A stretch of DNA of 64,000 bases from Phoronis australis. Lineage: Eukaryota > Animalia > Phoronida. Shown piece after piece: positions 38,646-52,066 of this stretch. Where the stretch lies: NCBI GenBank assembly GCA_002633005.1, contig NMRA01000413.1:237251-301250 (forward strand). The letters run 5' to 3'. Under the pieces are notes generated by a model. The model did not search any database. It worked only from the letters and a program-made list of their open reading frames with translations, and was not told the origin of the DNA. The position numbers and the translations under genes are program-made. The first letter of the stretch is position 1. Every line of letters starts with the position of its first letter.

Positions 38646-40883
38646 TCTGGCAGTGTTTATTCGTGATACCTGGGCTTACGGTGAATATTTTGGAACTAGT
38701 TTTAGGCGGTTACCTCTTGGATTGATCTAGCTCAATTTTTAACCCTTTTTGATAATCGTCTGGCAGGGCCACCCCACCACTGAAATTGTCTGGCATCTAA
38801 CTGTTGTTCCATGTTCAGTGATGCTGAACATCGTGCAATTGGTTTCAAACGGTTACCTGATGGGTTGATCTAGCTCAATTCTGGTATTTGGGCGTGTCTG
38901 GCGGGGGTAACCCACCACTAGATTTGTCTGGCAGTGTTCATTCGTGATACCTAGGCTTACGGTAAATATTTTGCGACTGGTTTCAAGCGGTTACCTCTTG
39001 GATTGATCTAGCTCAATTTTTTTACCCTGTATATGTTCGTCTGGCGGGTACTCCCCACCACTGAAATTGTCTGGCAGTGACCGATTTTGATACAATGAAT
39101 GCCGTAGCAGGTATTGAAGGCAGTTTTAAGTGGTTACCAGAAAAGTTGATCCAGCTCAATTTTTTAGTGTAGTTCTCTTGGTTCCCCTGACCACACCCAC
39201 CAGAGCGAACCTGCCAGACGGCCATTTCCAAGCATCAGGATACCCATAGAGCACTGTGGCACCAAAGAAAATTGGTTACCTTTTCATGCCCAAAAAAGCT
39301 CTGGGATCCCGGTCTATAAGAAGCAATTCATGAAAGTTATGTGATCAACCAGCAACTTTTTATATATTAGAGACCATTTACTTTTGCTGAAATTGCTCTC
39401 CAAAATATTCATGCGGAACGTAAAATGAAATTTCTGGCCTACATTGTGCCCTTATTTAACCGTCAATGTTAAGTAGTAATTCTTCACCTAAGCGCTTTTG
39501 GATTAACAAATATTCCCAGCTCATTCGACTTGAGCTTTATTCCCGAATGAACCGGCAATTAAAATCACGGGCAATGCGTACATATGTCGTTTTCGAATCC
39601 ACGATTTTAAGTGGGCCAACCCAATAACTTTGATGTTGAGTCAGTGATGGCTTTGATATCCTTGCGCTTAACGGAAACAGTGCTCTAATACGATGGGGAG
39701 TATTGTGACCCCGAAAGACCTTATTCCATTTCCGCTTAAAGCCAGCCAGACTTCTGTTGGTGAAGCCCCGCCAGAAGCGACTCTTTGATATAAAAGTTCA
39801 CTGATAATGAGACATTAGTAAGCTTCTCAGCTTGTGTACGGCTGTTTTGGTTCTGTGTACCTAAAGAGGGCGCTTGAACTGTGGCCTGTTCATGGCGGAT
39901 GCGATGTGTTAGTTTGCGTGTAACCAAGTCCAATGGAAATTTCATGACACTCAGAACTTTTACGTTTGCTGAGTGTCGGCGTTTAGACTTAATCTTTTCC
40001 AGAAAATGAGACAACAATTGGGGTCACAGAGTCAACGCAACGTAGCATTGACTATACACATGCAGAGACACTAGCTTGGCTCTAAATAACCCAGAACCTT
40101 AACATCAAAGAGACTATGCTGATTCACGAACAAAAGGACTCAATTCCCTTTAAACAACACTGTTATATGAACAGAGCTACGCCCGGGGCCTCGATGTGAC
40201 TGCATGTTGTGTGAATCTTACCAGTTGGACTTATAGTTTGCTGTGGAACCATTTATTGATTTGGTACTGCCACTGATGATGCTTGAATGAAGTTCAGCGA
40301 AATGTCTGGCGTATGCATAATTATCTAAGTATGAATGTTCTCATGAAAAGTTTTGTCGATCTATTTCTGTTAAGGTCATGGTGAAAAACTAATTCATTTA
40401 ACAGTGTTACACTTTTACCGTGTTGTTGCTGTTCGCATCATTTTTGAGTACAATGACACATGTTGACCGCGAGAAAAACCTGCCGACTGGCTGTTGACAG
40501 CGTTTTTGCCCGATACAAACACGTAGGCTGACAATTTTAGACGATCAAGACCGTTGCAAACGTAAAGACACACGGTCCATTTCAAAACTTGAAACCACAT
40601 AGATCATCGTGAAAATTAAATTTCAAATTTCTGTTGGACTCCAACGGTCTTTCCACCTTAAATGGATGTGTACTGGATTCTATCAGGAAGAGATCTCTTC
40701 CTGATTCTACACGATGATAAAACCTTCCTCAGCCGAGTATTGCACACTACCGTTTTGCTGCCATCCGCCTCTGAGCCGGTAAAGTGTGAAGGAAAACAAA
40801 GTAGAATAAAAACTGGACAGGTTTTCATGTATACTAGGAGATCAATAGGCTGTTTTTGTATGTGTAAGACAGCCAAAGACTAA

Positions 40884-41034
40884 TTTTTTTAATTGTGCTT
40901 TATTAATATGTAGTTAAAACCGAGCTGAGGAGATGGAGACCTGACTCAAGGGTCTAGCAGTGTGGCCCAGTGGGACTCGAACCAACGACCTCGGGTAAAG
41001 AAGGCGGGCACCATCACACTAGGCCACACTGACC
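40884..41034 (-). mobile_element. tRNA-derived SINE
   Basis: Minus strand: A box TGGCCTAGTGTG, B box GGTTCGAGTCC, core CCCTTGAG..CTCAGCTCGGTTTTAACTACA, AATAAA and an A-rich tail. Confidence 0.75.
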
Positions 41035-41152
41035 ACTTTGGGGCCTCGCAACTATTCGCAAAGTATTGCTATGCATCAGAAGTGAGCGTGGAGCTCCTCT
41101 AGCTTGTGCTCGAGAGTATCTTTCGTTACACAACAACCATATTGCCGGGTCT

Positions 41153-41510
41153 GTAAGAGACGCCATCCTCTAACAGAAGTTAGGGGACTTGGTACGCTGA
41201 AATTAATAAACGCCAGATCTCTAATATAGGTTCCTAGCTCTCTAACAGAAGCCGGGTCTCCATCTTGTCTGGACGTTGTTTAGGATATTTTCTTAGATCA
41301 CGTGAATAGCACGATACGACCTTAGATCTGACGATTAGCAAAGGCCAATTTTTTGTTTTTGCCATCGTAGGATACCATGTATTGGCCTGAAGTGGGGCTT
41401 AAATTAATAAACGCCTTGTCTCTAATAAGCGCTTCCTATTAATAGAGGCCTGGTCTAGACCACGTCTGCACCAAATGAAGTCCGCGGCTACTATTATAAG
41501 CTTTACGGTC
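41153..41510. mobile_element. pogo/Tigger-like MITE
   Basis: CTGTAA.. / ..TTTACGGT ends with repeated AATTAATAAACGCC..TCTCTAAT subunits. Confidence 0.4.
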
Positions 41511-44500
41511 GCCATGCACTGCTGACTCGGATGAAAAGATGTGCGCCCTTACTGCCTGCGATTGGTACCTTCGTATCCTTGTTTGGATAAGTTAGCGAAC
41601 ACGAAGTATGCTCTCTAAACCAAGAACAAAACGTTACCGAAAAACACCATCTTTATAAAAAATTGTCGGTTATTCCCTGCATCTCTCACCTAAAAATATA
41701 GCTAGTCAGTGATAAGAATCTTTATTTGCAAATTTTTGAAAATTATAGCACAAGAGAAAGTCACGAAACTGTCACGCAACAGTTGTAAACATAGGCCTGG
41801 AAGCTTTATCCCGATACTTGTACTTGGTGATAAATTAATAGTCGGTAAAAAACAAAAGATCTAATATTGCGTGATCTTTTTAAAAGTTCAAAAATAGTTC
41901 TGCAGACGGAGATTGATTTATTTACCAGAATCGTTGTATTCTCAGCTGTACGGAGATAATTTGTGGTGTTAATCCCTTAAAATATTGACTGATTGCGGAC
42001 AAATAACGTTGAGAAATAACGTGAAGTTTCTTAACCATGAGGGCAATTTGGAAAGTGATCGGAGTATATCTACGTGTTACATGGAAGACGTCATAAGATT
42101 ATCGTTTGGTCAATGTGTAATTAGTCAGGTAACTGGCACCACGCTCTTTTTAACAGGTGAGTTACCTATTGACTCCGTAAGAATAGGACGGTGTGTACGT
42201 TTTCGCCCAACCCCCCAAAGCGAAGTCCACCTGTGTGTTTTGAATTCTTAGTCATCAAGCTTAACTATCCTGAAGACAGGAATCTGAAAAAGATTTGCTA
42301 AAGAGGCGTTTATGATCTAACGTTTATTTAAACCATTACAGCGAGAAAATTGTTAAAACAAACTTTACCCAATGGTTGACTACTTTATTCATATCGCTTG
42401 TTCATGATAATGGGGTATTTAGTAAGAAAGCGGGCACCTCGCAGATGTACATTGTATGGGCATCCAATAATTTCAACAACAACTTGTGAACTATTCAGAA
42501 CAATTACGAACACAAAATAAGGCGCTTTGCTGCACTAGAGAAGCAAACTCAAAATGTCAATGTAAAATACTCGCATCCTGTGTCAATATTTTCTTTCAGT
42601 TCGAGTGCTCCCTCGACCATGCCGTTGAACAGATCAAACACGAAGTAAGAGACGGCCACATATGCTGAGCTGTATGTTTTGCGAATGAACCGATGCAAGT
42701 GGGGCTTCACGGCAAGTGCCTGGTCGTTGATCCAACCCGCTGTCAGTCTGCACTGACACTTATCCATTTTTGGATCAATCGAACGTGAGCTGATATGTTG
42801 TCAACATTTTTAAAGGTGTCATGCGCTGTAAGTAGAACTGATCAATCATAGTGCACCATAACACCAGGTGGCGGGCGTAAAAGCGCCCAATATAACATGA
42901 AGAACTTTCTCCCTGATATACATGTACATGTAGTTGTTGATATGTTAAATGCATGTAAAAATATTTTGCTTCCCTCGAGTGAGGATTTAAATTCACGGTC
43001 TTGCAATTATGAGATTCGAGTCCTGTCAAAGCGTTTGCTTAAGAATTAGCTCTATCAACAGATTGAGATTTCATTCTAGAATAACTTGAGGGGGATAGAG
43101 AGACTTCCTCATGAACCATATGGGATTCTCTTAAACACAATTCTCTTTCATGTATTTCTTTTCTTGTGCACCACATGTTTATCTCGCGGACCCATTTCTG
43201 TTCGCAGCAGCCACATTGTTTTCTCATCAACAATTGGCAAATTCTGAAATTAGTGAGACGGAATTCCGCCCTTACGCAGGGAATACGGTGTGACATCCAA
43301 TGAAGCAAGACAAATTAGCACCTGCTGACGCTTCGATCGCTCAGCGAGCAATAGTTCGCAGATAATAGATGTACCACTTGGTTACAGCATGCCAGACTGG
43401 TAAATTTCGAAATCTGCTCAACCGTTTTTATTTTCTTCAACCGTCCTTGAGTTCTATGTCTGGACCAATATTTCGGTAACTCGTTTATAAACGCTACTAA
43501 TGCGTTGTTCTTAAACTGGTATAGGCTGGAATCCAGTCTTTGAACGTTCATTTGCGACCACTAAAATAGCATTATGTCATTTCATTCCTCGAAAAGCAAG
43601 TTTTCATTTAGGCTTCTTACCGATGTAAAATTGATCCTATCATGTTCTTTACTTAGAGTTTAGAAGTGATCTGGTGGCTCGGGAAGAGCTGGCATTCCAC
43701 ACGTCTTCAGACTAAACTCATATTATCTCCGGTAACGCCGTGAAAGAAATCAAGTTTTATGGGATTTCTCTAACGAAATAACTAAATGTGAGTCCTTCCA
43801 TAATCTCGAAATTATTTGTTATCTGAGTAAGGAACAATTTTGCGACCATGCACTTTCAAAGGCAATTGGTCTAAATCGAGGCTTGTTTTACAGGAATCGC
43901 GGTTTTGATGCCGCTTTACATGGGTACCATCAGCGAGGTCTAAGTTCACAGCCACATTATTCGTCCCAGTGCCTAAAGCTGACATGTGCAGACCCTTTCG
44001 GTAATTAGTCACTTACAGGGATCCCGGATTGTGAGAACTAGTTTTATCCACTGCCAACAACGCCGTCAAACTGGTTCTCAAAATGCGCGACCTCTGTAAG
44101 TGACTATTGCCAATTTTTGTTCTGATGTGTTCACACGAATGGAAGGTTGTATATGTCTTTCTCAAGTATTTGATGCTCTCGTAATGTCACCAATTTTTCG
44201 CCGGCAGCCCCTGTATCTGCAAGATAGAGCAGTCGTGTACAGACACAAAAGAAAAGAACCCTCAATACTCGTGACAGAAAATAGCAGATTTGGTATCCAC
44301 GCATGTGAAGAACATGTTGTCCTCTATATGGGAAGATTTTCAGTACCTATCGACAGAATTCAGCGATAGAGATTAGTATGAAGAAAAAATGATGTCTCGT
44401 GACGTCCGTTCACAGCCACCGCAATTTAGGACCAGCAAAACGTCACTGATTTGTGACTGTTTGGAAGATAGACTTATATCTCCTGAGAGCACTCAGTTGC

Positions 44501-45748
44501 TGTTAGTGACCCATTAGCGATTTTTTTGTCTGTGAGGTTACACACAGTTCCCCAAGCGAAACAAGTGAACCCTCTAATTATGCGGTCTCTTTCCTTTTTT
44601 AAAGTTGAGTGTGTCCCCAGTGGTGTCGTGTGGGAGGGCGATGTTAGATCACACGTTACGTTACTAACAATTAAAGTTTTCGGTTGGTTAATAGGTCATC
44701 TTGGTAAAATAATGCAGTTAGTTGGTTTTGATTCTGAAAGAAACATCTTCATCAGAAAAACCAACCAGTCGAAGTTACTACTTGCCGTCCAGTGAACGTT
44801 GTGCGGCTTTCTGCGACGAACAGTTAACTGCCTTTATTTCGTCTAAATGTACTGTAATTTTCTGCGTATTAAACTCCTCCCCTTCTTATATCTTCTCAAA
44901 CAATTTCCTTAGGTTTATAGATTCCATTGTGTTTTGAAACTGGTTTAATTAAACGCTACTGTGCTGTGTTTCAATGCTACATTAAAAGCGTGTTAATTAC
45001 AAATCCCGGATAACGACATACAAATACAAGCCTCAAGGGTAATTGAATACCCAGTTTGTAAATCAATGCTATACAAACCAGGTGCAGATAGTCAAATATA
45101 CAAGCCCACTAAATGCATAACTGCGTGTATAGTTGTTCAAATACTTGAAATCGGTGTCGCTTTGACGGGGAAATCTCCAAACAACCAACATTTCTGGACA
45201 ATGTTACATAAATGTTTGATCATCGTGAATAATTAATAACAAAATGCGTATAGACAAAGATCTGTGTGATAAAAAATATAATGAGTTGTTTTCGTGTTTC
45301 TACCGGGTCAATATCCTTTGAAAAAATTCTATGGGGGAAAATTAGATATTGAACGAATATTGACATTTCATATCAAGCAAGCGCCTTGGGTTAACAGTCT
45401 CTTACGACGAGCATGTTAAAATAAAATTAGGTGTATACACATTCTTTCTTTTTTTGAAGACTTGTTCTTGGTGTGCTCTTTTTATTTACACTAGCTGGAC
45501 ATCCTTTCAATGATAGGCAACACATGCGCAGGAAGACTAACTTTACGTGACGTCAGAATTTGGCATAATAGTGGAGTATTGACTGGAGGATACATTGTGA
45601 AGTCCAGTCATCGGCTGTGCCACGCACTCGCACACTAGGAGAGTGACGCAGGATATTATTTTGAATTAAAAAGAGATCATCCGTTCCACAATGGAAGCAA
45701 ACAGAGGAGAAAATAGAGGTTTTCAAAACTAGACTGGAAAACAGATAC

Positions 45749-46175
45749 ATGAAAACCATGAATAAAGTTGGTCTGCTTCTAATAGGAGTGCTATCGATGC
45801 TCTCACAAACACAGGGATTTGTCGAGACTGAAGCCGGGCACACGGTGGAGCTTAAAAGTGGTCGGCTTAAAGGTATGAAGGTTGTACTACCGGACGAGAA
45901 CCTACCTGCGATTGTCGTCTACAGAGGAATATCGTACGCGTCGGTACGTGGAGGACAGATGCGGTTTTTTGCCCCTACTAACACAGTGCACAAATGGAAC
46001 GCTATCAAACTGGCCAAGAACTGGGGCCCGGTGTGTCCACAACGATCGTTGGATACACAAAAACTCTTGAATGAGATGCCCAAAGTTAAGGTGGAACATT
46101 TGCAAAGGGTGGAGGAATTCACTAAATATCAGTCGGAGGAGTGTCTGAACCTTAATCTTTACGTGCCACTCCAAG
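45749..46175 (+). CDS. NLGN: Neuroligin-like (type-B carboxylesterase fold) first coding exon with signal peptide
   Basis: Signal peptide (NKVGLLLIGVLSMLSQTQG), then V.LKSGRLKG...YRGISYAS...MRFFAP...W..IK.A.NWGPVCPQ...EMPK...L.R...QSEECLNLNLYVP. The insert between GPVCPQ and SEECL is typical of invertebrate neuroligins. Canonical donor G|GTAAGT; upstream acceptor at 45494/45495. Confidence 0.9.
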
Positions 46176-49100
46176 GTAAGTCGTTTTAGTGGCTCCTGCC
46201 TTAATGATGGTCATTTTCTGTCTAAAGCGCAGAAGCAATCATCCAATTCTCTTCTTGTCGGTATGTTGAAATGATAGGTTCGTGCAATCCTAATTCCCTT
46301 GCTGTCATAATTCTGCACATTTTGATTAAAATTGTTATTGGGTTTAGAATAGTGCCGGTTATACTACTTTCATTGACCGATGGTTACATCATGGCCAGCC
46401 TTAGACTATAATAATCATCAGCAGCTACAAGGCAGGACGTGCCCGGAGTGTCCATAGCAAGCAAGTGCTCCAACAAACTGCTTTTCATAGAATAACACGA
46501 ATTGAAAACAGAATTCATATGCCAACGCAATTTGTTTTTATGACTTTGGGATCATGGCGCTACGCATGTATACACCTAGACCAATAGGTTACACAGAATT
46601 CAACGAGCTCTTGTTTGTAAAGAAATTTTGGATTAATTGATGTGTTTACCCACATTTTCCAACACTATGGAAATCTGGTTTTCTTAACAAAATCTGAACT
46701 GTGTGAGAATGTACTTCGGGAATAGTTGACTTTTGGGAATGGGTGTGAATGTGTTAATAGGAGGGCCGAGATGGGATGAAAGAGTGGGTGAAATTTGTCT
46801 TAACGACCCTTCATTTGTCTTGATTCAGAATGGCCTGAATGAGGTCTTCCCTGCTACTTGGCTCCCACTCTTGTTTGGTTACAGAGAACGCGCTGAAATT
46901 TTACCCGGCATAAGAGATCAGAGATTTTTATTTACGTCTGATACCACGTATTCGTAAATAAGTAATCGTGATGAACCTTGCAAACGTTTGACGCTGAATA
47001 ATTGATGCTTCTCTGCCGTAGGATAGTTTATAAATCATTATTATGGAAAACAAACTACATTGTATATTTTACTAGACAATGGCTGCACTGAGTTAATTTA
47101 TTTAACTGTAGTATTCACACCAGACTTCCGGCAAATATTTAATTTAAAAAAATGGTTCTAAATTTGATTCCCTGATTTCGTAATACATGTATGAAATCAA
47201 ATGTCGAATATTTCCTAAATTGAAATATTTTCAGCCTGGCTGGGGACGACAAAGAAGCTCTAAATGTGAAAAAACACCTGTGTTAAAAGTGTATCGCTAT
47301 CGTTTTTTTACTGCAAACAACATTCTGCCGTTCAACAATCAGCTACCTTAAGTCGAGGTTGTTTTTCCAACCACTGGCAACGTTGATTTATATGTACAAG
47401 AAACACCTGAAAAGGTATTCTCGCAAAAAGTTCCAAAAATAGAAAACCCCAGTTATCAAATCAGTCGATCTGAATCCCATGTTGAACGCTGGTAAATGGT
47501 GACCTGCGACTATCCGGAGAGTCACACATTCTAAAGCGGAAAAGTCCTGGGGTAGACCGCTATTTTGCACCTGTGCCGTGGGCTGCTAAAACACTTGAAT
47601 TCCCCTTCTACCGAGATGATGCGGAAAGCCACGGGTCCTTATGGTAGGGGATCATCTTAAAAAGGTCAGTGTTTTGAAGGAGACTGTTTAGCATGGTGCA
47701 CCTCTGCTGTAGCCATTGATTGGGACATGGTGAACCATCCTATCTTTCTTGTGCTTGTGTGAGGTGATGTAAATAGTTATGCTCGACTCTGTATTTAGAC
47801 TAAACACGATCTGTGCTCCGACAACCCGTCGTCATCAGTTATTGCAAAACAGGTTTGTTTGAGTAGTCTGTACCTGGGTTTACATAGTTTCGATGAATGT
47901 TACACATTTTATTAGTTCATTCATACAAACATACATTCTCTCCGGACCGTGTAAATAAAGTTTGAATAGTTCAAATCAATATTGCCACACGTGTGTACAA
48001 CAACTACTTAATTTATGAGCCACTGCATGCCAGTGCTATCACACGGCTAGTGGAGAATTCGCGTATCCATGTGACGTTTGCTGGCGTAAATATGTCTTTT
48101 CTATAAGTTTAATATCCACAAATATCTCATGATCTCCTTCCAAAAATCCCTTTATTCAGATAATACGCGTAAAATATATTCTTTTTCCTCGGCAATGTTC
48201 TGAAATATGTTCTTGTATACGGGTGTTTTCTCAACTGTAAACTTCTCTTTCAAGTTGTCATAATCGTCTCAGTCGGGGCTTATCTAGTTTATAACCACCT
48301 CTGCTTTTAAGAGCGTTTTCAGTTGATGGAACAAGAAGTGATTGAAGTCTTAAGTCAGATTTTTTTCATTCCCAATTTGCTGTTACTGAACAATGTTTTT
48401 GCCATTAAATTATTTGTACATCATGTCGCAGCAAAAAATTATCAAATATCTGAGTAACTAACAGCTCTTGATATGTGCTGAACGGTTATGTGCTCTAATG
48501 AAATCAAACTATTTTCGACATCTTTCTGAGCATGAGACAAAATTTATGATTTCTCATGAAACAGACCCCGGAAGCTTACGTGATCACTCTCCGATACAGT
48601 ATCCGCCTCCAGGAGTCCCTAGGCAGGAGAACTTACATCCAGACGGCAGTTGGTTGATGAATTCAACTATGTCATGTTAAATTACCCCACTCCATTAGGC
48701 ATCAAAAGATCTAAGCAGGCTGATTACGGATAACAAGCCCCGGGCTGTTTTTCTTAAAAAGAGTCTGTGAAGCGTCATAACAAGCACGGTTGACAGGGAC
48801 TGACAAACCCTACAATGGCTAACGCTTAAATTTGCAATAAGCTTTATTTCTTGCTGCGATTAAACCGTCAGTCTGATCAAGTTTATATAACAGCCGCACG
48901 CAAAAGTCAAAGTATTTATCATAACTTTTCTCAATTAACCCACGAAGCACACACAAAATGTCTATGTAGTAAACACAGCGACAGGCGAATGTCACGTCTC
49001 GGACTACGATACATACAGGTGGAGGAACGTTAACCTTGCACTAGGTTTCAAAAACGGCTTCGAGCAATAAATTTTATGCAATAGTGATCAAGGAAAACGT

Positions 49101-49529
49101 TGACACAACACCTTGCGTCAAAGCATAGAAGGCTTGTCTTTTTGATGACGTTGTACTCTGGTCTTTGGTACACTTGATAAGCTTCCGGTGCAGACGTCTC
49201 CCTGTGACAGACACTGACAATGGAAACTCGCTCTAAAGCGATGACCAACGCGTTCGCCAGAATTATTCAAGAGAACAAAATGCAGATTCCATCCCGATCA
49301 GCAAAACAGCACGGAGTGCATAATTTTCGTAATTGTCTAGTCGCATTGTCAAGATTGCAAACAGACCAATCATTGAAATTGCTGTTGGCCAACATTTGCA
49401 TACGAGCAGGAGGGTTGAAGTTGAAGAATATGAACGTAACACTGACTTACATTCATGATTGTAATCATTTTAACCACGATAAAATTTAGTTGGCCGTTAT
49501 GTCAGTTACATATAGGTCTACTGTCTGTT

Positions 49530-49645
49530 TTGTTGAGAAGTTGTCTTATTCCAACTCGGGTGTTGTTGAGAAGTTGCCAATGTATTCCAACCCGGGTGTA
49601 TGTTGAGAAGTTGTTGTATATTTCAAGTCGGGTGTTTCTTGAGAA
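49530..49645. repeat. ~33-37-bp minisatellite, ~3.3 copies
   Basis: TGTTGAGAAGTTG..ATTCCAAC.CGGGTG units repeated head-to-tail. Confidence 0.85.
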
Positions 49646-52066
49646 AGGTAACTCACTTCGGCAACCGTGAAGAGAAACTGACAGGGACATTCATGACGTC
49701 TCACATTCAGGCAGAAACAAGTGCAACTGAGTCCGTACTGACTAACCGTTAACGTCGCAAGCAGATTTAATTGTTGATCTCATAAAACATTCGACATATT
49801 TATTGTCGTTAAAGATCTATTTCAGCATTTCCTTTCTTCATTCGAGGGAAGTACACTCGGCCAGTCACAGCGGAGTCATGCCATAAGGCTTGTTATCCGC
49901 GCGTAACGTCACGTGTTTTTCTCAAGCACACCACGGCGATATCTCGCAGATTTGCCTGGTCGTGCCAAACTCGTTAAACTCTCGATTTACTGAACGGACG
50001 CTTGAGCCCAGGGTCAAATCCCCGAACTTAGGCTCGACTGAGACTCAAATTCGAAACTTAACCAATCACTGCTGCTTCTCTATTCGAGTACATACACTGT
50101 ATTTGTAGGTTTACTCGAAGCCATGTAAATCAATTTTAAAGTCGAGTTTCGTCTACAGAGAATATAGAACGCCGACTCCTGTACTTTGATAGCATCTTAA
50201 TCAAAAACAAAATTGAAAATTCGGAATTCCTGGCACCCAGCATCAATATTTGTTTCATGAAAGCAATCAATGGAACGTCAATTGGCTTTTTATTTGACAA
50301 ATACAGTGCTGGGGGTAGCACTCCGGTCAAGCATTCTAAGCGAAGGAACTGGTCAGTGAAGTAAAATCTCTCCATTCTTGTTATGTCGAAGTTAATTCTT
50401 CTAGTCATAAGAACTTTGAGGGCGCGTTCACAATACCGTGAGCCAATCGCATTCTTCGTTGGTTATTGTGATACAACAATTCAGTTTAGTGGGATTTGTT
50501 TATTCAAAGAACCAGCGTTGAACCAACACATTTTAGTTGAATTCTTGATAACCACCACATCCTATTGTTGCAGTGTTTTTTATAGTCGCAAAAGGACGCA
50601 CCTGGTAAATAGGAGCATGAATAGAAAAGGAGAATGAACTTCCGAAGTCTATACATAAACCTTTATGTTCCAAGTTGTCGTACAATTAAATTATATGGTC
50701 TTTTGCCAGCAGTGGAAAAGAATCGGTACAGACGTGAGTGCAGGATCTTGACCAAATGTGTGCGTGGCTGTAATAAAGAGGTGCAGTGCCCCTGGACCCC
50801 CATCAATCCTTGTCTGCCCCTTTGGATCCGTGTCTATCTAATCACTTTGGTCTTCATTATTTGCGTGAATGGAATGACAAGCACTAGAGCGGTTTAAATT
50901 TTTGCAGATTCCCCTTCAAATTTGAACAGTGTTACTATAAATAGTTCAACTGCAACATTTTTTCAAATACAACTGGTCAGGTGGCGCTTGCTGGCTACAT
51001 CAGATATTTGTTTTTACGTGTGAAGGACTCATTTAGTCAGTTTGAAACGATGTAGAAAACAGTAAGTTTCATGTACTTTATGCAATGCCAGTGGTGGCCT
51101 GGGCACAGACCTAACTTTATGGACTGTCAGTGTTGGCATGGGCACAGACCTATAGTAACTAAAGTGGAAACGAAATGTGCAAAATGGCATTGAATCACAG
51201 ATAAAGTTGTTAGAAATGAAAACATTATCAGAAGTGTTACTAATTGATTAACTGAAAAATAATCGATATAAGTAAGGAACCATCATTTTTTTCACGTTAA
51301 ATCCTTTGACTCATGTTGCACTGAATGACCTCCACTCTAGTTTTTTGTTGTCAAAGAAGCGATTGTGATTGTAATCAGTTAGCAAATGCCAACAAATGAA
51401 TCCGTGAATCATTACTTTAGAGTTCCTCGTCTTATAATACACCAAAGGAGATAGCTTTCGGCCAGTGCACCAGGCGACAATAAGCAAAATAAGTAGGCCT
51501 CAATGTAGGTAAAACAACAATTGACTAGGCAGGACCAGTGGCGCGTTCTCTAGCGAAAGAATCTAAAATAATCGCACGTTGAGGCTATTGAGATCACGCT
51601 CGCTCGGTACGTTATTCATCATTTCCACCTATGATGTTACCGTATTGTCTATACATGAATAAAGACAGGTGGTGCAACGATTTTCAAGTGCAGTCCATAT
51701 TTTAGAATACCTTGAAGTCTGTTAAGGCGATCCCATTAAGTCTTGAGGCAAAGCAGATATCCACTGGTGTCCTGGTAATCGTCTCAATCGCATCTCCCTT
51801 TCATTTTAATCTTTGAGTTTGTACACTTCAAAATAACAAATAATTCTTTTGTTCACTCTTCAGTTAGCTGATGTTTCACTGTTGTGCTTGAACTGAAATC
51901 ATATTTGACCTCAAAAGATCCCGTAACTTTAGGGTCAATTAAACAATCTTGAACTTCACTAAAGAAACGGTTTATTAGTTTTTCAAACAAGACCAAAGCC
52001 AGATAGAGCCTGTTATTTTTAGAATATAAATAACTAATTTTGTAATAATCGTTTTCACAAACTTAA

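Larger units (their letters stand above)
34630..39316. mobile_element. Academ-type DNA transposon with ~520-bp tandem-repeat TIRs
   Basis: Ends TAGACCGGGATCCCAGAGC.. / ..GCTCTGGGATCCCGGTCTA with a 3-bp TSD TAA on both sides. Arms 34630-35149 and 38797-39316 are near-identical inverted copies built from ~140-bp units. Contains a transposase-like fragment. Confidence 0.8.

Noticed and set aside
38077-38730. Three long ORFs in the track
   Set aside because: Artefacts of translating through the N gap.
49530-49645. ~35-bp repeats as a mini CRISPR array
   Set aside because: Head-to-tail minisatellite without spacers.
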